From NCBI GenBank assembly GCA_963741945.1, contig CAVUKA010000001.1, positions 480,001-544,000 on the forward strand: a stretch of DNA of 64,000 bases. Direction: 5' to 3'. How positions within the stretch are numbered: position 1 is the first letter of the stretch; every line of letters starts with the position of its first letter. Positions 37,995 to 48,106 of this stretch are shown piece by piece. Position numbers and translations under genes: made by a program. Source of the DNA: an uncultured Gemmatimonadales bacterium. GTDB taxonomy: Bacteria; Gemmatimonadota; Gemmatimonadetes; Longimicrobiales; RSA9. The notes below the pieces were generated by a model. It made no database searches and was not told where the DNA came from. It saw only the letters and a program-made list of their open reading frames with translations.

Positions 37995-40489
37995 GCGGCG
38001 CGCGCCGGGATCGCCCCGCGCCGCGCCAGATTGACCAGCTCCACCGGGTCGAGGATCAGCCCCACCGTGCCGTCTCCCAGAACGGCTCCGCCGGTGACGC
38101 CCTCCACTTTGCCCAGCCCTTCACCCAGGCTCTTCACCACCACCTGCTGCTGCCCCAGGAGCTCGTCCACGAACAGCGCGCAGCGGCGCTCCGCGGCGCC
38201 GATCACCACGAGCAGGCCGTCGTGGAGCGCGTGCCGCGCCGATTCCACTCCGAAGAGCGCGTGCAGGCGCACCACCGGAACCAGCTCGTCTCTCAGCATG
38301 AGCATCTCGCCCCGCCCCGTGACCGTCGAAAGCATGTCGGCCGTCGGCCGGACATTGCGCTCGATGCTGAGCGTGGGGAGGATGTAGCGCTCCCGGCCCA
38401 CCCGCATCAGCATCCCTTCCGTGATCGCGAGCGTGAGCGGGAGGCGGAGCGTGATTTTCGTGCCGGCGCCCTCCGTGGACTCCACTTCCACGCGGCCGCG
38501 GAGCGTCTCGATGTTGCGCCGGACCACGTCCATGCCCACGCCACGACCCGAGACCTCCGTCACGCGCGCCGCCGTGGAGAACCCGGGTTCGAACACCAGC
38601 TTCCACACCTCGCCGTCGCTCAGGCCTTCCGACGACCGGATCAGACCCCGCTCCAGCGCCTTCTCCACGATCCGGGCGCGGTTCATGCCCCGACCATCGT
38701 CCTCCAGCTCGACGACGACGTTGCCGCCGGCATGATAGGACCGGACCCAGAGCGTGCCGACCTCCGGCTTGCCCGCGGACACCCGGTCGGCCGGAGCTTC
38801 GATCCCGTGGTCCACGGCGTTCCGGATCATGTGAACCAGCGGGTCGCCCAGGACGTCGACCATGGTGCGATCGATCTCCGTGTCCTCCCCCTCCGTCATG
38901 AGCTGGACACGCTTGCCGCTCTTCCGCGCGAGATCCCGCACGAGGCGCTGGAGCTTGGAGAACGTGGCGCGCAGGGGCACCATCCGGAGCGCCATGCTCA
39001 GGTCCTGGAGCTCCCGCACGATCTTGCCGGCGTGGCCTACCTTCTTGGCCAGCTCATGCTGCGTGCCGTCATGGACCACGCCATCCTGCGCGATCATGGA
39101 CTGCGCGATCACCAGCTCTCCCACCATGTCCACCAGCCGGTCCAGCCGGTCCGTGCGCACGCGCACCGACGCGTCCGGCGACCCGGCGCCCGTCTCGCGG
39201 CCGCGGGCCCGGGGTGTCATGGACGCCCCCGCGCCCGCCGCCGCGGCATCGTCCACGGACGGGTCAGGAACGTCACCCGACAGCGGCTCCGCCGCGGCGT
39301 CGGCACGGGCGGCCGCAGGGGGATCCGCTTCGGCGCGGCGTTCTCCGGACGCGCGCGTGCCTCGGCCGCCTGCCTGCAGAGCCTCCACCAGGGCGGCGAT
39401 GCCGGGCACGGCGGTCGGCGTCCCTCCGTCCAGCGCTTCGCCCGCGCTGGCCAGGACGGCCGAGAGGACATCCACGGCGCGCAGCGACACGTCCGCCACC
39501 GCGCGATCGAAGCTCACGTCCCCGTCGCGGACGCGCGAGAACAGCGACTCGGCATGGTGGCAGACCACGGACGACTGCTCCACCCCGAGGAAGGCCGAGG
39601 TGCCCTTGATGGTGTGGAACGCCCGGAACACCACGTTGATGGCTTCGCTGTCGCCGGGGTCCGCCTCCAGCGCGAGCAGCGCCTCCTCCGCCGATGCCAG
39701 CAGGTCACGGCTCTCCGCGAGGAACTCCGTCAGGAGCTCCACGTCCGCGTCGGGGCCGGGAGTCCAGGGCCCGGGAACGGTAGCCGTATCCGCTTCCGCA
39801 GCCGGCCGATGGGGCTCTTCGGGGTCGAGGGTCGATGAAGCCGCTGAAGCGGCCGGTCCTCCGGGAGCCCCGGTGTCGCCTTCCGAAAGCCGCTCCAGGG
39901 CCCGACCGACCGTGTCCAGGGTCTCGGCCGTGACCGGGCCGGCGCTCAGCAGACCCGCGGCCGCGCTCAAGGCTTCCCGGGTGCCCCGGGCGGAACCAGC
40001 GTCGTCGGCCAACCCCTCGAGGATCTCCAGGAGACTCCGGACGCCGTAACTGTCGCCGGGCTCGAGCTGCACCAGCAGGAGAGCGGCATCATCCAGTGTC
40101 GACCGCGGCGGAAGATCCCCGACGAAGGTGGCGGGGAGACCATCACACCGACTCGCGGCCGGCTCCACAGTGGGCTCAGGCTCGGCGGACGAGGCCACCA
40201 TCTCCATGACGGCGCCGAGGATCCCGGCGCGATCCGGGTGATCGCGACCGCCGGCATAGTCGATCAGGGCGTCCAGGGCGCTGGTGAACCGGTCCACGTC
40301 ATCGCCGTCCCGGACGCCCGCGGCCCACATGGCCAGGTCGCGGAGGAGCGGCGCCGCGGCCTGGTCCGCCTGCGGCACCGCATCGGCGATTGCCCGGAGC
40401 TTCGGAGCCGTCCCCTGAAGCTGCCCCGCCGTCGGGGCGGCGCCCAGTTCGACTCTCAGCCGCGTCAGATTCCGTTCGGTTCTGCCCAT
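37991..40489 (-). CDS. cheA: Chemotaxis histidine kinase CheA (N-terminal extension, no clear P2)
   Basis: HPt FRAFHTIKG; VRVRTDRLDRLVDMVGELVI; HMIRNAVDHGIE; SGRGVGMDVV; C-terminal CheW domain. Confidence 0.97.
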   Translation of the reverse strand: MGRTERNLTRLRVELGAAPTAGQLQGTAPKLRAIADAVPQADQAAAPLLRDLAMWAAGVRDGDDVDRFTSALDALIDYAGGRDHPDRAGILGAVMEMVASSAEPEPTVEPAASRCDGLPATFVGDLPPRSTLDDAALLLVQLEPGDSYGVRSLLEILEGLADDAGSARGTREALSAAAGLLSAGPVTAETLDTVGRALERLSEGDTGAPGGPAASAASSTLDPEEPHRPAAEADTATVPGPWTPGPDADVELLTEFLAESRDLLASAEEALLALEADPGDSEAINVVFRAFHTIKGTSAFLGVEQSSVVCHHAESLFSRVRDGDVSFDRAVADVSLRAVDVLSAVLASAGEALDGGTPTAVPGIAALVEALQAGGRGTRASGERRAEADPPAAARADAAAEPLSGDVPDPSVDDAAAAGAGASMTPRARGRETGAGSPDASVRVRTDRLDRLVDMVGELVIAQSMIAQDGVVHDGTQHELAKKVGHAGKIVRELQDLSMALRMVPLRATFSKLQRLVRDLARKSGKRVQLMTEGEDTEIDRTMVDVLGDPLVHMIRNAVDHGIEAPADRVSAGKPEVGTLWVRSYHAGGNVVVELEDDGRGMNRARIVEKALERGLIRSSEGLSDGEVWKLVFEPGFSTAARVTEVSGRGVGMDVVRRNIETLRGRVEVESTEGAGTKITLRLPLTLAITEGMLMRVGRERYILPTLSIERNVRPTADMLSTVTGRGEMLMLRDELVPVVRLHALFGVESARHALHDGLLVVIGAAERRCALFVDELLGQQQVVVKSLGEGLGKVEGVTGGAVLGDGTVGLILDPVELVNLARRGAIPARAA

Positions 40490-40531
40490 GCCTGCCTCGC
40501 TTCACCCGGTGCGTTGGCGATACGGAAGGCA

Positions 40532-40559
40532 TTATCGAACGGCCCTCCCAAAAACCTTA
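40532..40559 (-). promoter_or_regulatory. Probable sigma28 promoter for cheA-cheW
   Basis: TAAG-N16-TTCGATAA on minus strand. Confidence 0.5.
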
Positions 40560-40593
40560 GTGACGGCCGCGCCCCATCGACGCGGCACCGGCA

Positions 40594-41391
40594 TCAGCAG
40601 CCGCCCACCGACAGATCGCGGATCGTCTCCGGTACGGGAAAGCGGAAGACGTACCCATCCGCACCCCGGACGGCTACGCCGCCCCCGCGCCGCAGCCGGT
40701 CCCGGATCACCGATTCCAGCGCGTCCGGCGTGAGGGCCCCCATGAGCGGCAGCGCGACGGTCACGCCGTCTGTCTCCCCATCGACCCGCTCGATCCGGAT
40801 AACCGCGCACGCGGCGCGAGTGGCCCGGGCGGGCAGGGCGGGCGCCGCTGGGAGTGGCACCAGGGGGATGGCTGGCGAGCCAGCGGCGAAGCCGGGGTAG
40901 CCCTGCCGCGTCGGGTCCGGGAGGGTCTCGGGAAAGAAGCGGTACTGGAACCGGTGGTAAGGCGGAACGGGGGTGGCATCCAGCCAGCCGCGTCCCCAGA
41001 TAGAGGCCCAGTCCCGGTACGGGTCGGGATAGCCGAACGCCACGATCGGGGAACCGCGCCCGATGTAGCCGGGAGGACCATAGCCCTGGCCGGGATACCC
41101 CTGGCCGGGATGACCGGCGCCACGGTAGTCGTCGCCCGCATAGCCCTGGCCCGGGTAGCCGGGGCAGGGATCGTCCTGAACGCCGTAGAGCCCGATCAGC
41201 GGACACGGCCAGCCTCCGGGCGCGGCGTACGAGATGCGCGGGTCGATCATGGATCCCCCGGGGCGACGCTCGGCCGCGCGCTCAGCCCGCCGGGCCTGCA
41301 GCTCCGCGGCGCGGCTTTCTGCCTGGGCCGAGGCGGCCGCAGGCGCGGCCAGGGTTAGGGCGATGACCAGCAACCGACCTGTCCGTCCCAT
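40594..41391 (-). CDS. Hypothetical secreted Gly/Tyr/Pro-rich protein
   Basis: GGAGG RBS; signal peptide MGRTGRLLVIALTLAAPAAASA; GYPGQG repeats; four Cys. Confidence 0.7.
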   Translation of the reverse strand: MGRTGRLLVIALTLAAPAAASAQAESRAAELQARRAERAAERRPGGSMIDPRISYAAPGGWPCPLIGLYGVQDDPCPGYPGQGYAGDDYRGAGHPGQGYPGQGYGPPGYIGRGSPIVAFGYPDPYRDWASIWGRGWLDATPVPPYHRFQYRFFPETLPDPTRQGYPGFAAGSPAIPLVPLPAAPALPARATRAACAVIRIERVDGETDGVTVALPLMGALTPDALESVIRDRLRRGGGVAVRGADGYVFRFPVPETIRDLSVGGC

Positions 41392-41452
41392 GCGGGCCTC
41401 CGTGGCGATAGCCTTGGCCGGCCGATGAAGAAGCCGGCGCCTCGACGGAGGG

Positions 41453-41480
41453 TTATCGGCACCGGCGGGCCCGGACTTTA
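41453..41480 (-). promoter_or_regulatory. sigma28 promoter for the secreted hypothetical protein
   Basis: TAAA-N16-GCCGATAA, both boxes perfect; the -35 includes the upstream gene's TAA stop. Confidence 0.8.
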
Positions 41481-43376
41481 GCCGATCAGCGTTTGCACCG
41501 CGTCCAGGAGGTCCGCGGGGGTGAACGGCTTCGGGAGGAAGGCGCAGTCGAACCCGGGCAGCTCGCCCTCCAGCGCTTCCTGGGCATAGCCGGACATGAG
41601 GAGGAGCGGGACGCCCGGGCGGCGGCGGCGGAGCCGATGCCCCATTTCCAGCCCATCCATTCCCGGCATCACCACGTCCGTGACCACGAGCACCGGCGCT
41701 TCGGTCTCGCGCTCCATCAGCTCGAGCGCTTCCTCCCCCGTGGCCGCGGTCAGCACCCGGTAGCCGCGGCGGCCGAGCACCCGGGAGATCAGTTTCCGGA
41801 TCGGCGCCTCGTCCTCCACCACCAGAACGGTCCCCGAAGCACTCGCTGCCTCCGCTGTCTGCGCCCGTGGCAGGACCGGCTCCGGCGCTGCTGCTTCCAG
41901 TGTGCGCGGCAACAGCACGTGGAACACCGTACCGACCCCCGGCTCGCTCTCCGCGGAGATGTGGCCCCCGGACTGGTGGATCGTGCCGAACGCCGTCGCC
42001 AGGCCCAGCCCCGTCCCCTTCCCCTGTTCCTTCGTCGTGAAGAACGGCTCGAAGATGCGGGGGAGGACCTCGGGCGGAATCCCGGTTCCTGTATCCGCCA
42101 CCGACAGGCGGGCGTAAGCGCCACGCGAAGGCACACCGGTCTCCGTGACTTCCGCCTGCGTCAGCAGCGCTGGCGCCGTGGTGATGGTCAGACGGCCGCC
42201 CGAGGGCATGGCGTCCCGCGCGTTCACGGCCAGATTGACGAGCACCTGCTCGATCTGACCGGGGTCGACCTTCACCATCGGCAACCCGGGATCCAGATTC
42301 GTCACCACCTCCACGTCCTCTCCGATCAGGCGACGCAGCAGCTTTTCCAGATCCCGCACCAGCGCGTTCAGGTCCACCGGGACCGTCCGAAGCACCTGCT
42401 TGCGACTGAAGGCGAGGAGCTGGCGCGTCAACGCCGCCGCCCGGTCCGCCGAGCGCCGGATCTCCCGCAGGTGCTCGCGCACCGGGTGCTCCGCCGGACA
42501 GTCCTCCAGCGCCAGGCGCGTGTGGCCGTGCATTGCGGTCAGGAGATTGTTGAAGTCGTGGGCCACACCGCCCGCGAGCCGGCCTACCGCCTCCATGCGC
42601 TGCGCGTGCTGAAGGCGTGCCTCCAGCGCCCGCCGCTCGGTCACGTCCCGCGCGATCCCCGCCGTCCCCGCCCACGCGCCGCTCCCGTCCCGGAACGGGA
42701 CCTTGGTGGTTTCCAGCGTCCGCAGGCGGCCGTCGGACTTGGTCGCGGTGGTCTCGAGGGAGATCGGCCTCCCCTCGCGCAGCGCCCGGGCATCCGCCTC
42801 GTCGTAGGACGCCGCCAGCTCCGGGGGGAAGAGATCACTGTTCCGTCGCCCCAGCACCTCCTCACGCGGCCGATCCAGGAAGTGGAGGGTGGCCTCGTTG
42901 CACGCCAGGAGCCGTGACTCCGTGTCCTTCAGCCACGCCATGTCCGGGATGCTGTCCAGAAGCGCCTCGTACTGGTGCTTCGTTCGCCGCAGCCCCTCCT
43001 CCCCACGCCGCTGCTGGGTCACATCCAGCGCGATCCCCACCACCACCGGGTCGCCGTCCACGAGCGCCCGCGTGCCGTGCGCCAGCAAGTGAACGATCGT
43101 GCCTTCCCGGTGCACCGCCCGGAACGTGTATTTCAAGCGTGTCGACTTCGCCATCGAGGCGAGAATGGAGCGCGGACCTCACCATCTCCCAATCTTCCGG
43201 GTAGACGACGCCCTTCAGGCCACCGGGCCGCATGATCTCCTCGCGACTGCGACCGACCATTTCCGCCAGGCGGGCATTCACGTACGTGACCCGTTCGCCA
43301 CGCACGGCATACAGCCCCGCGAGCGACTGGCTCGCCAGCCTCCGAGCACCGCCCGCTCCTCATCGCTCCCCTTCAC
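41478..43376 (-). CDS. Double-PAS hybrid histidine kinase; 5' part broken by two compensating frameshifts (about 43340 and 43132)
   Basis: ORF 41478..43154 has PAS-HisKA(AHDFNNLLT)-HATPase-REC; the first PAS (LASQSLAGLYAVRGERVTYVNARLAEM...YPEDWEMV) lies in another frame (ORF 42862..43305). Confidence 0.85.
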
Positions 43377-43422
43377 GTCGCCCTTTCGCGTCCTCGGTTC
43401 CACGGCTCCGGCCCCGCTCACG

Positions 43423-43450
43423 ATATCGGCCGGCGCTGGCCCGGACTTGA
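43423..43450 (-). promoter_or_regulatory. sigma28 promoter for the PAS hybrid kinase
   Basis: TCAA-N16-GCCGATAT on minus strand. Confidence 0.7.
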
Positions 43451-43527
43451 GCCGGCGGCGACTCCCGCCTGCTCCGGCCAGCCCGCCGCAGACCGTGGGA
43501 ACACCGGAGGACGCTGCAGGTCGCTCG

Positions 43528-43555
43528 TAAAAATTTCGGGAGACCATTCCGATAC
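43528..43555 (+). promoter_or_regulatory. sigma28 promoter for MCP1
   Basis: TAAA-N16-TCCGATAC. Confidence 0.6.
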
Positions 43556-43635
43556 AGCGGGTCATGGTCGGCGATGAGCGAAGCCGGCCCGCAAGCGGGA
43601 AGGTCGCTTTCATCGCGAAGAGCGGAGGAGAAGCA

Positions 43636-45819
43636 ATGCGCTGGTTCAACAACCGGAAGCTGGGCACTAAGCTGATCGCCGGGTTCATGACGGTGTCGCT
43701 GCTGGTGCTGGCTGTGGGATCGTTGGGATCCGCAGCATGGCGCAGCTGAACGCCATGGCGGACAACATCTACGAGCAGGAGCTGCTCGGGATCTCGTACT
43801 TGAAGGAAGCGAACATCGACCTTGTGGGGCTGGGGCGCGCCACGCGAGGCCTCATGCTGGCGTCGAGTGCGGAGGAGCGAAGACGCTGGAGCAGCCGAGT
43901 ACATGAGTTCCGCGCTTCGCTCGAGCGAACTGGCGAGGGCCACGCTGCTCATCGTACAGCGACGAGGGGAAGAAGCCCTGATCGCAATTCGAACGGGCAT
44001 GGGAGGAATACGATCGGGAAAACCAGGCAGTGTCGAGCTCGCCACGTCGGAGGAGCTCCACAACCAGCGCAAGTCGGTGGATCTGGCCATGGGGGCCGCG
44101 CTGGAGAAGTCGGACCTGGTCGACACGCTGCTGACGAAGCTGTCCCTCTCCAAGGAGCAGAACGCGGCGGACTATTCCGACCTGACCACGGCGCTGTACC
44201 AGCGCAGCCGGCTCTTCCTCATCCTGCTCGGGTTCGTGGCGCTCACTCCTCGGGATCGTCATGGCCTTCCTGATCACCCGCAGCATCACGGACGCCCTGA
44301 AGCGGGTGAACTGGCTCATGGACCAGATCGGCAGGGGGCACCTGAGCGAGCGCGCGGAATGGACCGCGGCGACGAGCTGGGCAGCTGACGGCCAGCATGA
44401 ATCAGATTGCCGCCGACCTGCAGGAGCACGTGGTCGGAGCCCTGAACCGGCTCAGCCGCGGCGACACCACCCGGAGCTGGTGCAGCAAGGACGAGCGCGA
44501 CGAGATCTCGCCGTGCTCTCTGCGGGCTCCGTGACTCCCTGCGCACGCTCGTCGGTGAAGTCCCAGAGCCTGGTCGAAGCCGCCCTCGCCGGCCGCCTCG
44601 ATCAGCGCGCCGACGCAGGCGCCTCGAGGGCGGCTACCGCGACGTGGTGGACGGCTTCAACGCCACCCTCGACGCCATGGCGGAACCGATTGGCGAAGCC
44701 GCCGATGTCCTGGGCCGCGTGGCCGAGCGCGATCTGACCACCCGCATGACGGGCGACTACAAGGGCGACTACGCGCGGATCAAGACCTCCCTCAACAGTG
44801 CGCTGGACAATCTCGAGAACGCGCTCTCCGAGGTGGCCGCCACGGCCGGGCAGGTGGCATCGGCGGCGGACGAGATCGCGGGCGGGAGCCAGAACCTGGC
44901 CGAGGGAGCCAGCGAGCAGGCCTCCTCGCTGGAGGAAGTCGCCAGCTCGCTGCAGGAGCTCGCGTCCATGGCCACGCAGAACACGGGCAACGCCCGCGAG
45001 GCGCGGGGGCTGGCGGAGGCCGCCGGCTCCAGCACGGACGGCGGCGCGGAAGCCATGCAGCGGCTGAGCGCCACGGTGCACCGGATCAAGGAGTCCAGTG
45101 ATGCCACGGGCCGGATCGTGAAGACCATCGACGAGATCGCCTTCCAGACCAACCTGCTGGCGCTGAACGCTGCGGTGGAAGCGGCGCGGGCGGGCGAGGC
45201 CGGGAAGGGCTTCGCCGTGGTGGCGGAGGAAGTGCGCAACCTGGCCATGCGCAGCGCGGAAGCGGCCAAGGAGACGGCGCGCCTGATCGAGGAGAGCGTG
45301 GAGAGCTCCGAGGAGGGCGTGGCCGTGCAGGGCGAGGTGGTGGGCAAGCTCGAGGAGATCCGCGGCGGCGTCTCCCGGGTCCGGGAAGTCATGGCCGAGA
45401 TCGCCGCGGCCAGCGAGCAGCAGACGGACGGCGTGGGGCAGATCAACGAGGCGGTGGAGGAGATGAACGCGGTCACACAGCGCTCCGCCGCCAGCAGCGA
45501 GGAGAGCGCCAGCGCCGCCGAGGAGCTCAGCGGTCAGGCGCAGCGCATGTCCGAGCTCGTCGCCGCCTTCCGCCTCAACACGGGCGTTGGCGCGGGCGCC
45601 GCGCGCTCCACGAGTCGGGCCGCCGCGCCCGTCGGGCTCGGCTATGGCGCGGACGAGCAACAGCGCCACCAAGCAGCGGGAACGGGCGCCGGAAGGGGAG
45701 CAACGGCCACGGGTCGACCAGGAACGGTCACGCCACGGCCGGCGCCTCGCGTCGCGCCCCGGAGGCAGCTGATCCCCTTCGACGACTTCGACTCGGACTC
45801 CCGCCTGAAGAGCTTCTGA
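43636..45819 (+). pseudogene. Methyl-accepting chemotaxis protein MCP1 (4HB sensor, HAMPs, signalling domain); at least 8 indels in the 5' half (pseudogene or assembly error)
   Basis: Fragments in alternating frames align to intact paralog 49257..51485; signalling domain [34 protein letters not shown] is intact. Confidence 0.85.
44800..45570 (+). repeat. 771-bp near-identical MCP signalling-domain block, copy 1
   Basis: Runs from gcgctggacaatctcgagaac to gtcgccgccttc; same length and sequence at 47151 and 50424. Confidence 0.9.
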
Positions 45820-45824
45820 CCGAG

Positions 45825-45856
45825 CGGCCGCCCGGGCTCTCTCCCCCGGGCGGCCG
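45825..45856 (+). terminator. GC-rich hairpin after MCP1
   Basis: cggccgcccggg-N8-cccgggcggccg; no U-tract. Confidence 0.4.
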
Positions 45857-45904
45857 TCCCGCCTCCTCCTTCGCCCGGCCGCTCCTCTCTCTTGCTCCAT
45901 GCGC

Positions 45905-45932
45905 TGAAGAACCGGTGCGGCCGCTCCGATAA
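45905..45932 (+). promoter_or_regulatory. sigma28 promoter for MCP2-porin
   Basis: TGAA-N16-TCCGATAA. Confidence 0.6.
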
Positions 45933-46002
45933 CAGCCCGATAAGAATGGTCGAATCGTGGACGGCCGTCCCGACCCCCGGCGGCCCAACTGCTGGAGCAC
46001 CC

Positions 46003-48104
46003 ATGACGTGGTTCAATAACCTCTCGCTCTCCCGGAAGTTGATGCTCGGGTTCGGGGCCGTGTTGGCCCTGCTGATCGGGACCGGAATGGCGGGCGTTCG
46101 AAGCCTGCACAGCCTCGATGAGGGCGGACACTGCGCTCTTTCAGGAGCAGACGCTCCCCCTGTCGTACGTCGGCGAATGGGCCACCAAGCTGCAGGAGTA
46201 CCAGATGCTGCAGCGGGACCTAATGCTGACGGACGACGCGAGGCAGGAACAGCAGATCGAAGTCGGAGATGGCGGCGCTGTCCGGCCGGGTCAACGAACT
46301 TCAGTCGCAGTACGAGAAGACCATCACGACCGACGTCGGCCGCGCAGCGTTCCAGCGTCTGGTGGAGGCGCGCGAGGCGTTCCTGGCGCCGGCGCAGGAG
46401 ACCAACGCGCTGGCCGAGGCGAACCGCAATGTGGAGGCCCGGGCGATGCTAATGGGCAAGCTGAAGCCGCTGGGCAAGCAGTACCAGGACGCGCTGAACG
46501 CGCTGTCCGCGCAGCGCGTCCAGCAGGCGGGAGTGGTGGCGGATGCGAACACGGGGCTCTACGAGCGGACGCGGCTGATCCTGTACGGCGCGATGCTCCT
46601 CGGCCTGCTCCTGGGGATCGGGATCGCCGTGTTCATGGCGCGTTGGATCACCAGCCGCCTCGCCCTCGTGGCGGAGCGCGCCACCGAGTTGCAGAACCGG
46701 TGCATCGCCAACCTCGGGAATGGCGCCGATGCAATGGGGGCCGGCGACCTGGATTACGAGATCGACTACGGCACCCCGCTCCTCGAGCTGGACACGAACG
46801 AGGAAGTGGGGCGCCTCGCCGGCACCGTCGACGGGATCATCCGGCGGTCCGTCGCCACGATCGAGTCGTTCCAGCGCGCGCAGAAGGTGCTGCAGAAGCT
46901 GCTTGCGGAGACGCGCGACCTGGTGAAAGCGGCTGAAGCGGGCCAGCTGGACCAGCGCGCGGATGCGGCGGCGTTCGATGGCGCGTACCACGAGCTGGTA
47001 GGCGGGGTGAACGAGCTGCTGGACGCAGTTCTGGAGCCCATCAACGAAGCGTCGGAAGTGCTGGAGCGGATGGCGGAGCGCGACCTGACGGCGCGTGTCC
47101 GCGGCGACTACAAGGGTGACCACGCGCGGATCAAGGAGTCGCTGAACACGGCGCTGGACAATCTCGAGAACGCGCTTTCCGAGGTGGCCGCCACGGCCGG
47201 GCAGGTGGCATCGGCGGCGGACGAGATCGCGGGCGGGAGCCAGAACCTGGCCGAGGGAGCCAGCGAGCAGGCCTCCTCGCTGGAGGAAGTCGCCAGCTCG
47301 CTGCAGGAGCTCGCGTCCATGGCCACGCAGAACACGGGCAACGCCCGCGAGGCGCGGGGGCTGGCGGAGGCCGCCGGCTCCAGCACGGACGGCGGCGCGG
47401 AAGCCATGCAGCGGCTGAGCGCCACGGTGCACCGGATCAAGGAGTCCAGTGATGCCACGGGCCGGATCGTGAAGACCATCGACGAGATCGCCTTCCAGAC
47501 CAACCTGCTGGCGCTGAACGCTGCGGTGGAAGCGGCGCGGGCGGGCGAGGCCGGGAAGGGCTTCGCCGTGGTGGCGGAGGAAGTGCGCAACCTGGCCATG
47601 CGCAGCGCGGAAGCGGCCAAGGAGACGGCGCGCCTCATCGAGGAGAGCGTGGAGAGCTCCGAGGAGGGCGTGGCCGTGCAGGGCGAGGTGGTGGGCAAGC
47701 TCGAGGAGATCCGCGGCGGCGTCTCCCGGGTCCGGGAAGTCATGGCCGAGATCGCCGCGGCCAGCGAGCAGCAGACGGACGGCGTGGGGCAGATCAACGA
47801 GGCGGTGGAGGAGATGAACGCGGTCACACAGCGCTCCGCCGCCAGCAGCGAGGAGAGCGCCAGCGCCGCCGAGGAGCTCAGCGGTCAGGCGCAGCGCATG
47901 TCGGAGCTCGTCGCCGCCTTCACGCTATCCGGCGCCATGGGTCGCGGCGCGCCCGGATCCGATCGACGGCCGAAGCCGGTCCGCCCCACCAGCTGGGAAG
48001 GGCGCGGGTCGCCGACGCCGCACACGGGGAACGTCCGGCAGCGCTTCGATCCGGCCGCGTTGATTGCGGCGGATGAGGACCCGATGGTTCCAGCGGAGTT
48101 CTAA
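46003..48104 (+). CDS. Methyl-accepting chemotaxis protein MCP2; two +1 frameshifts (about 46122 and 46262)
   Basis: [19 protein letters not shown]1 / [13 protein letters not shown] / MAALSGRV...TM2, HAMP, signalling domain; total length 3n+2. Confidence 0.88.
47151..47921 (+). repeat. 771-bp near-identical MCP signalling-domain block, copy 2
   Basis: See copy 1. Confidence 0.9.
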
Positions 48105-48106
48105 AA

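Noticed and set aside
43131-43133. Programmed ribosomal frameshift in the PAS kinase
   Set aside because: No canonical slippery heptamer or stimulator; lies within a wider indel cluster best explained by error
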